The notes under the pieces: generated by a model
Database searches by the model: none
The model's input: only the letters and a program-made list of their open reading frames with translations
Told to the model about the DNA's origin: nothing
Made by a program: the position numbers and the translations under genes
Shown: positions 25,201-40,200 of the stretch, in pieces
Position numbering within the stretch: position 1 is the stretch's first letter
Layout: each line of letters opens with the position of its first letter
Source of the DNA: Chiloscyllium plagiosum
Lineage: Eukaryota
Direction of reading: 5' to 3'
Assembly: GCF_004010195.1 (NCBI RefSeq)
Contig: NC_057756.1
Location: forward strand, 9,516,151 to 9,579,724
Length of the DNA: 63,574 bases

Positions 25201-28200
25201 TCAGTATGGATAGATTTTGTGATGTTCATTGCATTATTTATACATAGTTTCAATATAATTTAGTCCAAGGTTGGATTTTGAATGGATAACATATTGATTA
25301 TTCTGTGCATCGGTGAAAGTTTTGATAATTGAACTACTAGTCAATCTCCAGTCATAAGTCCTAGGCTGAAGATGGTTGTATAAAACAGCATAATAGAGGA
25401 GAGACGACTGTAAAAACAGACTACCTTAGTTTAGGAAATTTATTGAAAATCCAAGACCACAAATGTTTGGATAATGCCCTGAAGTTATTTCAAACTAAGA
25501 GTAATTAATCACAGGCACTTGAAAGCTCCAGGAAAATGTTATCAGCTTTTTTTAGACTTAGAGTTGAAGTCACAGATAACTTAAGCATATTGATACATTA
25601 GGAGACTTTTCTTTGATTTGAGCACTGCACACAGGATGTTTCTCAATACTGTAATTAAGTGTTTTGCATTGGTATTTTGTGTTGAGTGAGATTATACTTT
25701 CACTGTGTTCGAAGTTTTACATGTTGTGACATATGTAAAAGTATTGGTTTATTCTATTTTATCATCATTTGTTCTGGTTAATAAATTTTACTTTGATTAT
25801 TAAAACCAAATCTGCAATATTGTGTGCTTATGTTTCAGTGAGAGACCATCTTGCTAAAACCAAGACAAAATATAACCTACCAAGCCGGATATCAATCTGA
25901 CCAGTAATTACTTCACCAGTAATAACATGACGTAAGATCATAACAGTTATTATATGTGATGCTTCAGGGTAAGAGAAACTGGCTGAGAGCCAAGTACACA
26001 AGTTCTGACAATATTATATCTGTCTTCCCTTACCTCATCCAATTTGATTTAGATTCATCCTTTGCATCAATGTATTCAACATCTTGCTTTCCTTTACTGA
26101 TCTGAAGAAAGGTATTTTGATAAAACAATTTGATTGTTAAAAGGAATCAAATATATCTTTTATTTAGCCATTGATCTAATTTTATTTACAAGAACTGCAT
26201 GCAGTGGCTTCACGTTTTTAGTGAAAGCTTAACAATACCGTCCTTTACTTTTTGTGATTATAGCTTCGTGTCAGTGAATCCAGAGCTCCATATAAACTAC
26301 AAAGCCACAAAGTAGTAAACAGTTTCAGGGAGATTTGAACAGTCAGGAAAGAATCCCAAACTAATTCAAATCGCCTTTGGTGTTTGTCATGTCGCTATTT
26401 TTCTTATAGTTCCTTCTACCCCTCGCCTACTCTGCAATTCTCAATCAGAAATTTCAAGGTTCTGATACATTGTTCCCCAGTTGGTCAATTGCCCACTATG
26501 AGGAATACCAGAATATTAGTTCCATAAACACTCAATGTATTAAATTGAAAATTTATTTTTAATAAGGACTGCCAATCTTTGAATTATCTCCCCATGCTGG
26601 CTATGGAAGCTCAGTGTTTGAGTATATTTCAAGCAGATGTTGATGCTTCTTGCAATAAATCATGTAATCATCAATGAAATTGTGTGGGTAAAGGGAACTT
26701 AAGTGTCTGATTCACCGTGATCAAATTCAATGATGGACCAGGCTTGAGGGAGTGAATGGCTTCCTCTGGATCCTGTGAAGGAGGAAAGAAACAGAGGAAA
26801 TGCAAAATCAGTTTAGGAGAGAATGAGAAAAGGAAGTGAAGGCCAAAGTAATCCAATAAGAAGTGGTTGACTTGTTGCCAATCTTGTTGCCAAGATTAGA
26901 TCATACACAATACAGGTAGAACAAAGTTCTGGCTTTCTGAAAGAAGGCAGCAACTAGCGGTTGATGGAAAATATTCAGCCTGGAGTCCGGTTATAAATGG
27001 TACGTATCTGTTTTGGGACCACTGCTGTTTGTCATTTTTATAAATGACTTGGACGCAGGCATAGGTGGATGGGTTAGTAAGTTTGCAGATGACACTAATG
27101 TCGGTGGAGTAATGACAGTGTGGTAGAATGTTGCAGGTCGCATGGGGACTTGGATAAACTGCAGAATTGGCTGAGAGGTGGCAAATGGAGTTCAATGCAG
27201 CTAAATGTGAGATGATGCACTTTGGGAAGAAAAACAGGAAGGTAGAGTACCGGGTCAGTGGAAAGATTCTTGGCAGTGTGGATGTCCAGAGGGATCTTGG
27301 AGTCCATGTACATAGATCCCTGAAAGTTGCCATCCAGGTTGATAGTGCTGTTAAGGAGGCATACAGTGTGTTAGGTTTCATTCGTAGAGGGATTGAGTTC
27401 CGGAGCTGCAATATCATGCTGCAACTATGCAAAACTCCAGTGTGGCCACACTTGGAATACTGTGTACAGTTCTGGTTGCTATATTTCAGGAAGGGTATGG
27501 AAGCATTGGAAAAGATGCAGAGGAGATTTACCAGGATGCTGTCTGGGCTGGAGGGAAGGTCTTATGAGGAAAGGCTGAGGGACTTGGGTCTGTTCTCATT
27601 GGAAAGAAGAAGGCTAAGAGGGGATTTGATAGAGACACACAAGACTATCAGAGGATTATATACAGTAGACAGTGAAAGTCTTTTTCCTAGGATGACGACG
27701 TCAGCATGTACAAGGGGGCATAACTACAAATTGAGGGGTGATAGATTTAAGACAGATGTCAGAGGTAGGTTCTTTACTCAGAGAGTGGTAAGGGTGTGGA
27801 ATGCCCTACCTGCCAATGTCGTTAACGCAGTCACATTAGGGAGATTTAAACAATCCTTGGATAAGCACATGGATGATGATGGGATAGTGTAGGGTGACGA
27901 GTTGAGAATAGTTCACAGGTCAGCGCAACATTAAGGGCCAAAGGGCCTGTTCTACGCTGTATTGTTCTATGTTCTAAGGTTGTTGGATGCAGAACTGGCT
28001 TGAAGGTAGAAGGCAGAAGGTGGTGGTGGAAGGTTGCTTTTCAGACTGGAGTGTGTGCCACAAGGATCTCTTCTGGGTCCACTGCTTCTCATCATTCATA
28101 CAAATGACGGGATGAGAACATGGGAGGTACAGTTAGTAAGTTTGCAGATGGCACTAAAATTGGAGTTGTAGTGGACAGCGAAGAAAGTTACCTCAGAGCA

Positions 28201-31200
28201 CATCTGGATCTTTAGACGGGCCAATAGGGCGAGGAGTGGCAGATGGAGTTTAATTTAGGTAAATGTGAGGTGCTGCATTTTTGAAAGGCAAATCAGGGCA
28301 GAACTTATACACTTACTGGTAAGCTCTTGGGGAGTGTTGTTGAACAAAGAGATTTGGAGTGCAGGTTCATAGTTCCTTGAAAGCAGAGTCACAGATATAC
28401 AGGGTGATGGAGAAGATGGTAGTACACTTGCCTTTGTTGGTCAGTAGAAAACTTAAGTAGGCCAATCTTAACTTACGAACCATTACGTCTTTGGGTTTGT
28501 TCAATGCCAAGTACATTACTGTCTAACTTGATTCCCCTGGCTGTCCATTCATTGTCAAGACTGGAGAAGCAACCAGAAACAGAAACCTTAAACTTTTCAC
28601 AAATATTTTCCAATGAGTCCTCAGCTTCTTTAAAACATGCAAGAAACCTGATAATGATGACAGGCACTCACCACCCATGAATAGCCACTGACAGCAGCTG
28701 ATTCTTCATTTGATGTGATTCCTTCATAGGGTCCAAAATGAACTCCTTTAGGAATAGCCTTTCCTTCATTCCACACACCAAGACCAGCCTTTCTAATTTT
28801 TGATATCGCAATGCTGAGGCCCTCTGGAAGGGTTAAACGTGCTCGATCTGGTTGATTGAATTCAACAACTGTGTCCTTTATGAACACTGGAGGACCATGC
28901 ACAGGACACTCTTCAACAAAAAATGTCTCGCAATCTTCGCAAACTGTTGAAACACACAAAATTAAAGATGGATCAGGATTTCAGTTTATTACTCAATATT
29001 TATGAAGGTGACAGGGCCAGCATGGAGAAAGCTCTCAGAAACACGTTCAATCCATTCATTGTCAAGAGGGCAACACAGATTTCAAGGAACGGTAACAACG
29101 CAAGAAATGCCACTAACCTTGAGCCAACCTCCACTTACAGTTATGGAGATGTACATAATGGAAACCGACCCTTTGGTCCAACTTGTCCATGCCGACCAGT
29201 TATCCTAACCTAATCTAGTCTCATTTGTCAGCACTTGGCCCATATTTCTCTAAACTTTTCCTATTCATATACCCATCCAGATGCCTTTTAAATGCTGTAA
29301 TTGAACCAGCCTCCACCACTTCATTTGACAGTTCGCTGCATACATACACCATCCTCTGCATAATAAGGTTACCCCTAAGATCCCTTTTCTATTTTTCTCT
29401 TCTTACCCTAAACCTATAGCTCTGGCTTCCTCCACCCCATGCAAAAGATTGTCTATTTATCCTGTCCATGCCCTTCATGTTTTTATAAACCTCTATAAGG
29501 TCAGAATATGAACAGCATTAGCTCTTAGGGGTAAGGTACTGGCATCAACAGAGATTGGCTGACTGGCAGAACAGAGTGGGGATAACGAGGTCTTTTTCAG
29601 AATGGCAGCTGGTGACTAGCGGAGTTCCATGGGACTTCATGTCGGGACCACAACTATTAATGTTAACAATCTGGATGGAAGAACTTAAGGCATCGTTGCT
29701 CAGCTTGAAGATGACACAAAGGTAAGTGGAGGGACAGGCAATGCAGAGGAAGCAGCAAGACTGCAGAAGGACGTGGACAAGTTACAAGAGTGGGCAAAGA
29801 AATGGCAGATGGAATACAATGTCTGAAGAGTGAGGTTATGCATTTAGGTTGGAATACAGACATAGATGATTTTATAAAGAGGCAAAGGCTTTGGAAATCT
29901 GAAGTACAAAGTAACTTGGGAGTCCTGGTTCAGGATTCTCCTCAGGTTAATATGTAGGTTCAGATGGCAGTCAGGAAGGCAAAGAGAATGTTGACATTCA
30001 TTTCAAGAGGGCTACAACACCAGAGCAGTGATATACCTGCTGAAGCTGTAAACGGGTCTGGTCAGACCACATTTCAATATTTTAGGTGGTTTTGGGTTCC
30101 GTATCTAAGGAAGGATGTCCTGGCCTTGGAGGGTTCCAGTGGAGGTTTCCAAGAATGAATGAAACTTACAGAACACTGAGAAACCTGGGCAGAGTGGTTG
30201 TGGAGATAAATGTTTCCACTGGTCGGAGACAGGGTGGTTAATCTATGGAACTAATTGTTGCAGAGGGAGCATCTTGTGATCATTTGTAGTTGGTGATGAG
30301 GAAACATAAGTGCTTGTTTCTGGACAAACACGGGGTTTTTCCCTTGCCAGGCTATATTGCTGCAGCAATGGTCTAATTTCTCAAAGCATGTCATATCAAC
30401 CCTTCCAATAAATTCTTCCTGAAGAATTGGCTAGGTCACTTTTCACGTACACAGAAAATCATCATCACAAAGTTCCCTTTCTTCAGTGTAAATCTTTCTC
30501 TCTTTATTTCTCAAACTGTATCTTCGCTCTTCCTTTTTATTGTGTGTTTCCTCACTTGAAGATTCCAAAGTGTTTCCAGAACAGACAACTGTGGAAGAAA
30601 TCAGAAAGATTTGAATAATCCCTGAAAAAATCCAACTCTTTTTGTTGTTTTATAGAAAGGGTATTTTCTGTTTCAAGTTCAGAATCTGTAGATAATTATA
30701 TATAACAAGACACTGAGTAAGTTTGATGAATCACTGCTGGAGTAGACACATTGCCATCAAAAGCTTATCCTCACTAAAATATAAAAATAAAGTAAAATCC
30801 AAAATCAACAAATCTATTCAGAAATTCCTTTATTCCTGGACAGATACCTTTGATGGATTCTTCTTGAGCCTCAAATTCACTCATCGCAGTATTAGTTTCT
30901 CGTTTGATCTTTTTAACTGAAACTGTCTCTTCCAAAACTGAGGGAGTGCCCTCACTGAAGCTCCTTAAACCTGCATCTTTGTCCTCCTGTAAATGGGATG
31001 CAATTGCCAATTGTCCTTCCTCGTTCTGAAATGTAAAATGTAATTTTTACATATTGTAACTCTCAACTTTCTCTGATCACCAGATTATGCTTTCCATTTG
31101 GTCTTGTTTCATACTTAATAAACCAAGGTTCCCAACCACCCATTTGAGAAATGTATTCTCTCTCTCCAGTTACATATTTTAGGAATTCCCTTGTTTGAAA

Positions 31201-34200
31201 CTATCCTTTTGTATTTCACTTAAGTAAAGTTAATCTTCCAAGTAAGTTGCATGTCTTTCAATCTGCTGTTAATTGAAAATTTCAGGTTCTCAGGGTGCAT
31301 TTATTGATAATCAACATCAAGAGGAGGTAATTTACAATGTCACTAGATCATGAAATTTAAAATGACAAATCTGCAAGTGGAGAATAGGATTAGAGATAGG
31401 AACAAAATAGAATCAAGTTCGCAGTAACTCTGGGCAGAAATACCACCAAGGATAAAAGGAAACACTGAAGCTGGAAATCTGAGATCAACACACAAAATAT
31501 TCAAGTGCGTACTAGGTCATTTTGAGTTGGAAGAGTAGATAATGATGTAAGTATTTCAGCTACAGGGAGAGGCTGAATACACTGAGGCTGGTTTTCCCTG
31601 GAGATACAGAGGCTGAGGGGTGACCTTATAGAAGTTTATAAAATCATGAGGGGCATGGGTAGGATAAATAGAAAAGACCTTTTCCCTGGGGAGAGGAGCC
31701 CAGAACTAGAGGCCATAGGTTTAGGGTGAAATAGGAAAGATATCAAAGGGACCTAAAGTACAACTTCTTCACACAGAGGGTGGTGCCTGCATGGAATGAG
31801 CTGCCAGAGGAAGTGGTACAATTACAGCATTTAAAAGGCATCTGGATAGGTATATGAAAAGGAAGAATTTCGAGGGATATGGGCCAAGTGCTAGCAAATG
31901 GGACTAGATTAGGTTAGGAAATCTGTTGGCAGGGACAAATTGGACCAAAGGGTGTGTTTTCGTGCTGTACGTCTCTATGACTCTGATTCTAATATATCTT
32001 TCAGATGTTGACAGGGTTGCAATGAATATCCAATAGTTTCTTTTTGACTTGATATGTTACCTGGTAACAACTCTGCGCGGACCAAATTACCTTTTTGCTG
32101 TTCTCTTTCTTTGTCTTCTTGGTACCATCATTCTTGAAAGGTGGCTTAAAGGTTCTCACCTCTTTAAAAGAATTTCAATTTCATTTTAGATTTTCTAAAG
32201 TTGAAGCTTTTTTCCATTAGTAACACTGACAATCCTTAACATTTTCAAAGCAGAATCAAATATAATGTAGCTAAGAAGCATATTTGCGTTAATTCTAAAT
32301 GCACCTGCATATACATACGTAAAGTCAAATACTCAATTGACTTGACTTTGCAAGTTATAAATGTAAAGTGACTGCCTCCAGCTTGCTCATGGCTCACACA
32401 AAATTAAAATAAAACATTTTAAGATTTTTAACAAAGGAAACAAATTCAACTTACGTAGTGGGTTTTTCACAAGACATTTAGGTGTCCAATCTTCATCTGA
32501 ATCACTAGACTCATACACACAAGGTCGATTACCTCTGCCATGTCTCAACATGAATGCTGGCTTTGGTACATTCAATCCTGTAAAAATTTAAATATTTCAA
32601 TCATTGGCCATTTACAATTGTCAATATTTATTTTTACTTATCAGAGTGAAATAAGAAACCTGTTGAATCCAATCATTTCAGAATCTCAGGTAAGAGCAAT
32701 ACAGGACATCCTTCCATGATGGCACCCAAATATTCATCCAGCTACAATTAAGCAAGTTAAAAGAAGCTGTCACATTACGCCAGATTACTTGAAACACAGC
32801 ACCCAGACCAATGGACATCCAACAGCCTTTAAATTTATTTTTCCCTTCTAGTGTGTGACCAACTGCAGGGTCAAAATGAAGGCAGCATATTGTGATGCCT
32901 CAATGTACAGGAAAAGGAAAGATATCAAAGATGCAAAGGTTACCTCCATTATTTCCAAGTGATTTTTTTTTATCTTGAGTCAGCACTTTAAAATGTATAA
33001 GGTTTACTACAATGAGCAAAGGAAAACAACACAAGCACCATGTCAAAGATAAACATGGACAGCACGAGTCTGAAATAACATTAAATTTTGCAAAGAATCC
33101 ACATTTCAGTCAGCAGCTAAGTGTGGAAAGAGGCACTTTCAAACTAATGTCAAAGGATAAAGATTTTTTTCTGCTTTCTACAAATACCATTCTCATTATA
33201 AATGACAGTGTTTCATTGTGGTTTAACACTACTCATATCAATTAGAAATCAGTTCACGTTGATTGTGTTTCAGGAGTGATTGGAATATGTCCTTTCAGGG
33301 AAGCAAAATTGAAAGGCAGAAGTATATATATTCCAGCACCTTGCTAGCAGTGAGAGCCAGAAAGGAAGTGTGCACCCCAGCATCCTTAGCCTGGAAGGTT
33401 AAATTTGGTTCAAAATGATTTTAAAATATGAAATCAAACAGCATCTCAATGTAAGTTATTTAGTAAAATGCGCTGATTAATTGAGAGCAATAAGCTAGTC
33501 TTGCAGCACTTGATCAGATTTGTGGGGCAGCACTTGATCAGATTTGTGGGCGGCACGGTGGCACCGTGGTTCGCACTGTTGCCTCACAGTGCCAGAGACC
33601 CGGGATTTCAATTTCCGCCTCAGGCAACTGACTGTGTGGAATTTGCACATTCTCCCAGTGACTGCGTGGGTTTCCTCCGGGTGCTCTGGCTTCCTCCCAC
33701 TATCCAAAAATGTGCAGGTTAGGTGAATTGGCTACGCTAAATTGCCGATGGAAATGTGTTGCTGGAAAAGCGCAGCAGGTCAGGCAGCATCTAGGGAACA
33801 GGAGAATCGACGTTTCGGGCATTAGCCCTTCTTCAGGAATGAGGAAAGTTGGTCCAGCAGGCTAAGATAAAAGATAGGGAGGAGGGACTTGGGGGAGGGG
33901 CATCNNNNNNNNNNNNNNNNNNNNNNNNNNNNNNNNNNNNNNNNNNNNNNNNNNNNNNNNNNNNNNNNNNNNNNNNNNNNNNNNNNNNNNNNNNNNNNNN
34001 NNNNNNNNNNNNNNNNNNNNNNNNNNNNNNNNNNNNNNNNNNNNNNNNNNNNNNNNNNNNNNNNNNNNNNNNNNNNNNNNNNNNNNNNNNNNNNNNNNNN
34101 NNNNNNNNNNNNNNNNNNNNNNNNNNNNNNNNNNNNNNNNNNNNNNNNNNNNNNNNNNNNNNNNNNNNNNNNNNNNNNNNNNNNNNNNNNNNNNNNNNNN

Positions 34201-37200
34201 NNNNNNNNNNNNNNNNNNNNNNNNNNNNNNNNNNNNNNNNNNNNNNNNNNNNNNNNNNNNNNNNNNNNNNNNNNNNNNNNNNNNNNNNNNNNNNNNNNNN
34301 NNNNNNNNNNNNNNNNNNNNNNNNNNNNNNNNNNNNNNNNNNNNNNNNNNNNNNNNNNNNNNNNNNNNNNNNNNNNNNNNNNNNNNNNNNNNNNNNNNNN
34401 NNNNNNNNNNNNNNNNNNNNNNNNNNNNNNNNNNNNNNNNNNNNNNNNNNNNNNNNNNNNNNNNNNNNNNNNNNNNNNNNNNNNNNNNNNNNNNNNNNNN
34501 NNNNNNNNNNNNNNNNNNNNNNNNNNNNNNNNNNNNNNNNNNNNNNNNNNNNNNNNNNNNNNNNNNNNNNNNNNNNNNNNNNNNNNNNNNNNNNNNNNNN
34601 NNNNNNNNNNNNNNNCGAAGGAATTGGGAGAATGGGATGGCGTTTTTACAGGGGGCAGGATGGGAGGAGGTGTAGTCCAGGTAGCTGTGGGAGTCGGTTG
34701 GTTTGTAGTAGATGTCCGTGTTGATTCGGTCGCCTGAGATAGAAATAGAAAGGTCGAGGAAGGGGAGGGAGGAATCTGAGACTGTCCAGGTGAAATTACG
34801 CTAAATTGCCCATAGTGTTAGGCAAAGGGGTAAACGTAGGAGGATGGGTCTGAGTGGGTTGCTCTTCGGAGGGTTGGTGTGGACTTGTTGGGCTGAAGGG
34901 CCTGTTTCCACACTAAGTAATCTAATCTAATCATCTAATGGCAGTTGTCTTTTCCCAAGGATGGGAGTTTAAGATCAGGAGGAATCCCGTCGCAACCCGG
35001 AACCTTGCCTGAGGCCAGGCGGTCAATGGCCTTGCTGAGCTCTTCTAGACTGATGGCTCTGCACCTAGTTCGTACATGCTCAGCAAGCACATGATGGCAT
35101 CAGGTGGTGAAGCGAATACAGTAGACATCAGAATATTGTTCAACCCACCTCTCCATCTGCTGGCCTGTGTTTGTGATTACTTCCCCAGTAGAGGATTTGA
35201 GGGGGGCTGTCTTGCTCTGAGCTAGCCCTCGTGCCTTCTTGATGCCTTTGTATACTCCCCTAATGTTCCCAGTCTGAATTTTCTCACTTAGCTGTGTCCC
35301 ATACCAGTTAGTGCAATGCCTGACTGTCTGCTGAACTTGGTTCCTGGCAGCCCTGAGAATCTGCAGGTTCTTCCCGCTAGCTGATCACTTGTACTCAGCA
35401 AGGGCGACACGCTTGGCTTCAACAACGGCGGTCATCTTGTTCGTCTTAGCCTCAAATCAGTCTTTTTTCTTGCTGGTCTTCTTCCCAAAGATAGCCAGGG
35501 ATGTGTGGTGTATGGTATCCTGCAAGGTTTCCAACTTCTCTGTGCCAGAGTCTCAGTTTTGTAACGCACTATGTTCTCTCTCAAAAGCCTCGAAGAACTG
35601 TTGCACAAGGTTTGGTTGGGACATCTTGTTGACATTGATGCACGGGTTCCCCTGTTGCTTAGTGTGATGGAATCTCTTAGGTTGCAGCCTAATCTTGCAA
35701 CACACTAAGGAGTGGTTTGTGTCACAGTCACACTATGATAAAAGCGTGCGTGGAGAACATGTTTGATGATGGCAGATCTAACTCGGATCAGATAAAGTTG
35801 GTGCCAATGCTTTGAGCGCCAGTTCTCCTTGTGCTGAGGCTTTGTCTGAAAGTAGGAGTTAGTGACACACAGTTCAAGCAGTCATTGTCCATTCTCATTC
35901 ATTTTGCCAACGCCAAAATGCCCAAGGCAGAATGGCCATGAGTCATGCTCTGCACCCACTATGGCATTGAAGACACCCAGAAGAACAAATTGCTCCTTCC
36001 TCATGGTGTAGGAAGGACTGGACTGAAGGAAAAAGGTTTAGTGTTAATTTACAGGAATATGGTGGCCCCTTAGGAATTTGTCATGGGTGGACTTGTTCAG
36101 AAAATCGGGTCAGAGACAGAAGTTTCTTGAGGGTCGGTTGTGGGTTGACAACTAACCCAGCCAAAGACAGAAGTCTCGATATAGGGTTACATAAGGATAA
36201 AAGAATTAGGAAAAACTAAAATCTAATCTGGTCAGAGGACATACTCTGAAACAAGCTCTGATTGACAATTAAGGCTGTGTAAATTCTTTATTGGGATTTA
36301 GGCATAAATTCATCTTACATTTTAAAAGATGGGACAATGACTAGACAAGAGTGACAGAGATTCCCCAGTACAGTACATGTATAAACAGAATTTGGAAAAG
36401 GGAAAAGACAATAGAGTATTGAGCACACAGTTGACTAAATATCTGGGCACTGATAAATGGCCATAAGGGGATACCTGGAATGTAGCTGCAATCAAAGAGG
36501 CCGAAAGGAAAATACAAGATAAAAAGGTGAGTGATAAATGGAAGGGAATGATTAGGGAAAGGAAACAGGAGACCAAGAGAAGGCAGGACTAAACAAAAAT
36601 TAAGAGTTGGCAAGATAATGCATGTAAGAGAGGGACTGGGTTATCTACGACGACGGAGGCATAAAAGAAATGGGAAGTTTTGAAAGCTGAGTGTTATTGA
36701 TGTAACAAACAAAAGGAATTAAAACCAGACCCAAAACCTGAGAGCACTCTCCAACTGGCAGTAACTCAAAAGGATGAGGGTAAAGGCTTAAACTGTCTAG
36801 ACGACCTGTCCAGAATGGATGCACTGTTTTTAATTCTGACGATGAGGATCCCGTTAAGGGTGGGTCCTGGGGAAATCCGCAACCATATGGCCCACCACTC
36901 AAGGGTGATGGGCAATCATCACCTGACCCATCAGCCCCCCACTTGAAAATGATAAATCTTCTCCGGACAATGGGGGGGGGGTGATTAGCCCACCAGGACA
37001 TGGTCTCAATCCCGCTGATGCAGCAAAAAGCAGAGATAATCGCAGAGAGCCTGACAGATCAATTAAGTTTGCTGATCATTCCACCAACAATGATGATATC
37101 TCTCGGGGGAATAGACGGGTGGATGAGTTCACCCAGCAAGGAGCGCAAGAACAGCACCACCCTATTAGCGCAGCATCCTTATCACAACTTTACAACACTG

Positions 37201-40200
37201 CAGCCCTGCCCAAAAGTGAGAAGGTAAAGAGCTTACAGGGGGAAACCCCTGTGGTCAAAAACCACATGTGGCAATGTAGTGGGTGTACCAATGTAGGGGG
37301 TGCAACACGTCTTTGGCTAACCTCGAATAGTAAAGTTTGTGTATCTGATTCCTTCTTCCCCACCCTGCTTGATTATGTTCACTCATTAATTCATGCGGGC
37401 AAAAGGGGAATGGTAAAATTATGTAATGCAACCTGGTGGCACCCGAAAATGAATAAGGAAACTGGTGAATTGTGGCATTTTGCAATATATGTGCCAAGCA
37501 CAACCCAGGAAAATCGGTGCCAGATCCAGGAGGGAAAACATCGCTTCCGCAACAACCTTTTCAATGTATTCGACTTACTTTTGTAGAACTACCGCGTGTG
37601 CATTGTTACAAATATTGTTTGGTTATTATTGATGTTTTTAGCTGCTGGATGGAAGCACAGCCCACAACGGATGGGATTGCGGAAACCACCATTATGATCT
37701 TGCTACGGCATGGGAATTTGGGATCATTTTGAGATTCAGTTTTCCTGAAATCATCAGTTCTGATAATGGCGCCCATTTTGTGGCAAAGATAAATAAGGAA
37801 CTGGGTGAGCATTTTACTATCAGACAGCAGTTCCACTGTGAACTGCAGCCGCAGATATAGTGGAAAGGACTAATGGGGTCCTATAAAAAAAGTTAGCAAA
37901 GCTGGCTGACGAGATTGATCTAACCTGGTTAAAGGTCTTAACACTAGCCCTTTCTGAAATGAGGGTCACCCCGCACTCCACGATTAAATTGACTCCAGCA
38001 GAATTGATATACAGCAGGCCACTAAGGACTCCCTGGGAAACCAGACGGAACCCAACAATCACTTGTGATCTACATACAATGAATGAGAAATTAATAACAT
38101 ATGCTCAATCTTTAACAAAATCTGTTTTAGCTCTACATTCCCAAGTTCAGGAGGCCCAGAACGGTAACGACGGATTGGAGGAAGTGCCTGCCCTCAGCCC
38201 GGAGACCTGGTCCTAATACAGAACTGGGGACGCAAGAAGTTAGAGCCATGGTGGAAAAGACCATTCCAAGTTCTGCTCACTTCTCCCACTGCTGTGAAGG
38301 TCGAAGGGCTATCCAACTGGATTCAGCAATTAGATTGCAAGAGAGCTGTCCCACCACCACAGATGACTAGGAGAGCTACGACCACCAAGGACTGATTTTA
38401 ACCATGCTTGTCTTGCTCCTTGTATCTTTTCAAACATTTTCTGTTGTGAGTCTGCAGGATAATTTATTCTGGTGCACCCATCTTAAAATTCACGGTCGGG
38501 AAAGGGAATATGTTATCCCCTATCGCTTTCAACCACCTTAATGTTAGTTGCTACGCCTGTTTGGTCACTAACCAGGGGCCAGCTCTGCACCCTCCTTAAA
38601 GTCTCCAACAGTACCAAAGTACAGGAGAATGCATGGAAGACCACCCTGGTAGGGAAAGCCCTGTGTTGGAGTCTGACATCGTCAGAGACACCTGAGAAAG
38701 TGGATAACCTAACTTGTTGTCGGAGAAATTAGGTCTATAGGGAATTTGTACATATGCCAAGGTCCCGGCTGAAGTGGAGAAACCGAACAAACAGGCGTCC
38801 CAATCTCACTCGACAATATAACTATGACAATGGCACTAGTTACCCGATGTGCCACAACGGAAAGGGATGGACGTCTGGAATGGTAATTGTATCCCATAAC
38901 ATCTCTTGTGTGCTGAAGCACTGCCTCCAACACAGCTGTGACTTAAGTAGCGAACAATATCATTGTTCCTGTAACAAGTCCCAAGTGTGTAGACCTCACT
39001 CGAGGCACTCAGGTAGTGTGTGGCAATAGACATGGGATCATGTCCAGGTCGTGAACTAGTCTTTCAGAGTTAAAAATCATAATCCCAATGAGCAATGGTC
39101 ACCTACAGATAATTGGCTCGAGGTAGGTTATTCTCGGGAGAAATAGCCTAGAAATTCCACTGGTTACCAAGTGACCGGTGGATTTATGTTCATGTTCAAT
39201 GGTACCTATGCTACCACTGTTAGGAAGCTTCCCACCCGATTGGTACTGTTAGACCAATAACCATTCCCTGTCCTTATGATATCAAAGTCCCTCATTGACT
39301 TTCATCCCTATCTGTCTCCGAGGAATTTTGTGAGCAGTGGAAGGATCCTAAGATCCTTGATCCTCCATGGGGTACGGTTTCCTAGGTACCCTCAGTCTTG
39401 GTGGGTCAGGAGTGATAGTCACCAAGAACAGAAACTTTCTAATCTGTGGCCTCACCATCCTAGGAAACGCCACCATCAAGGCGCTTGATAGCATGAATAA
39501 GGAACTCAGGGAATTGCGACTCTTTGCCTTACAGAACCATTATGCCCTAGATTAACTCTTGGCTAAAGAGGATGGCATATGTAAGGTGATTAGTAACATG
39601 TGCATTATTAATATCACTGACTTCTATTACAACGTGACCCAAGAGATAGAGACCATAAACACCTACATTGAAGGAATTCAGAAGGACCCCCTGTGGGATG
39701 GTGGCCTTTTAATTTACTGGGTAATTTCTGGGGCATGATTAATCATTATGTCTCTATTATTCTGTTGTTTGTAGGGGCTATATTTCGGCTTAAATGTTTG
39801 CATGGTATTATTTCCAGCCAACAACCTTTTTGATGTGTGATTATGGAATAATCAAGGGGGATTGTAAAAATGGTACATTTTAGGATACACTTTAGCTTGC
39901 TTGAAACTGATATGTTAAACAAAATGGTGTCAGGGCAGGGCATGATTAGCTTGAACATGTCCAAGTGTAAACAAAAACTACTGTGAACAGCAAGATAACA
40001 AGTACACGTGACAAAAGGCTTGTCCCAACATGTCCCAGCAGTAACTGAATTGGGGGCAGTTGCACACGAAACTGCAGGAAATGCCTCTTTTTTAAAGAAA
40101 AAAATATAAAAAGCCTGGACTTGTGTAATCACACTGGAGAGCACTTGCAGCAGTGCCTATTGTGTAAGCACACACTCTGGATTGCTGGGCTCCCCCGCCA

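Noticed and set aside
33849..34737. ORFs of 291 and 282 aa
   Set aside because: Run through the N-gap 33905-34615
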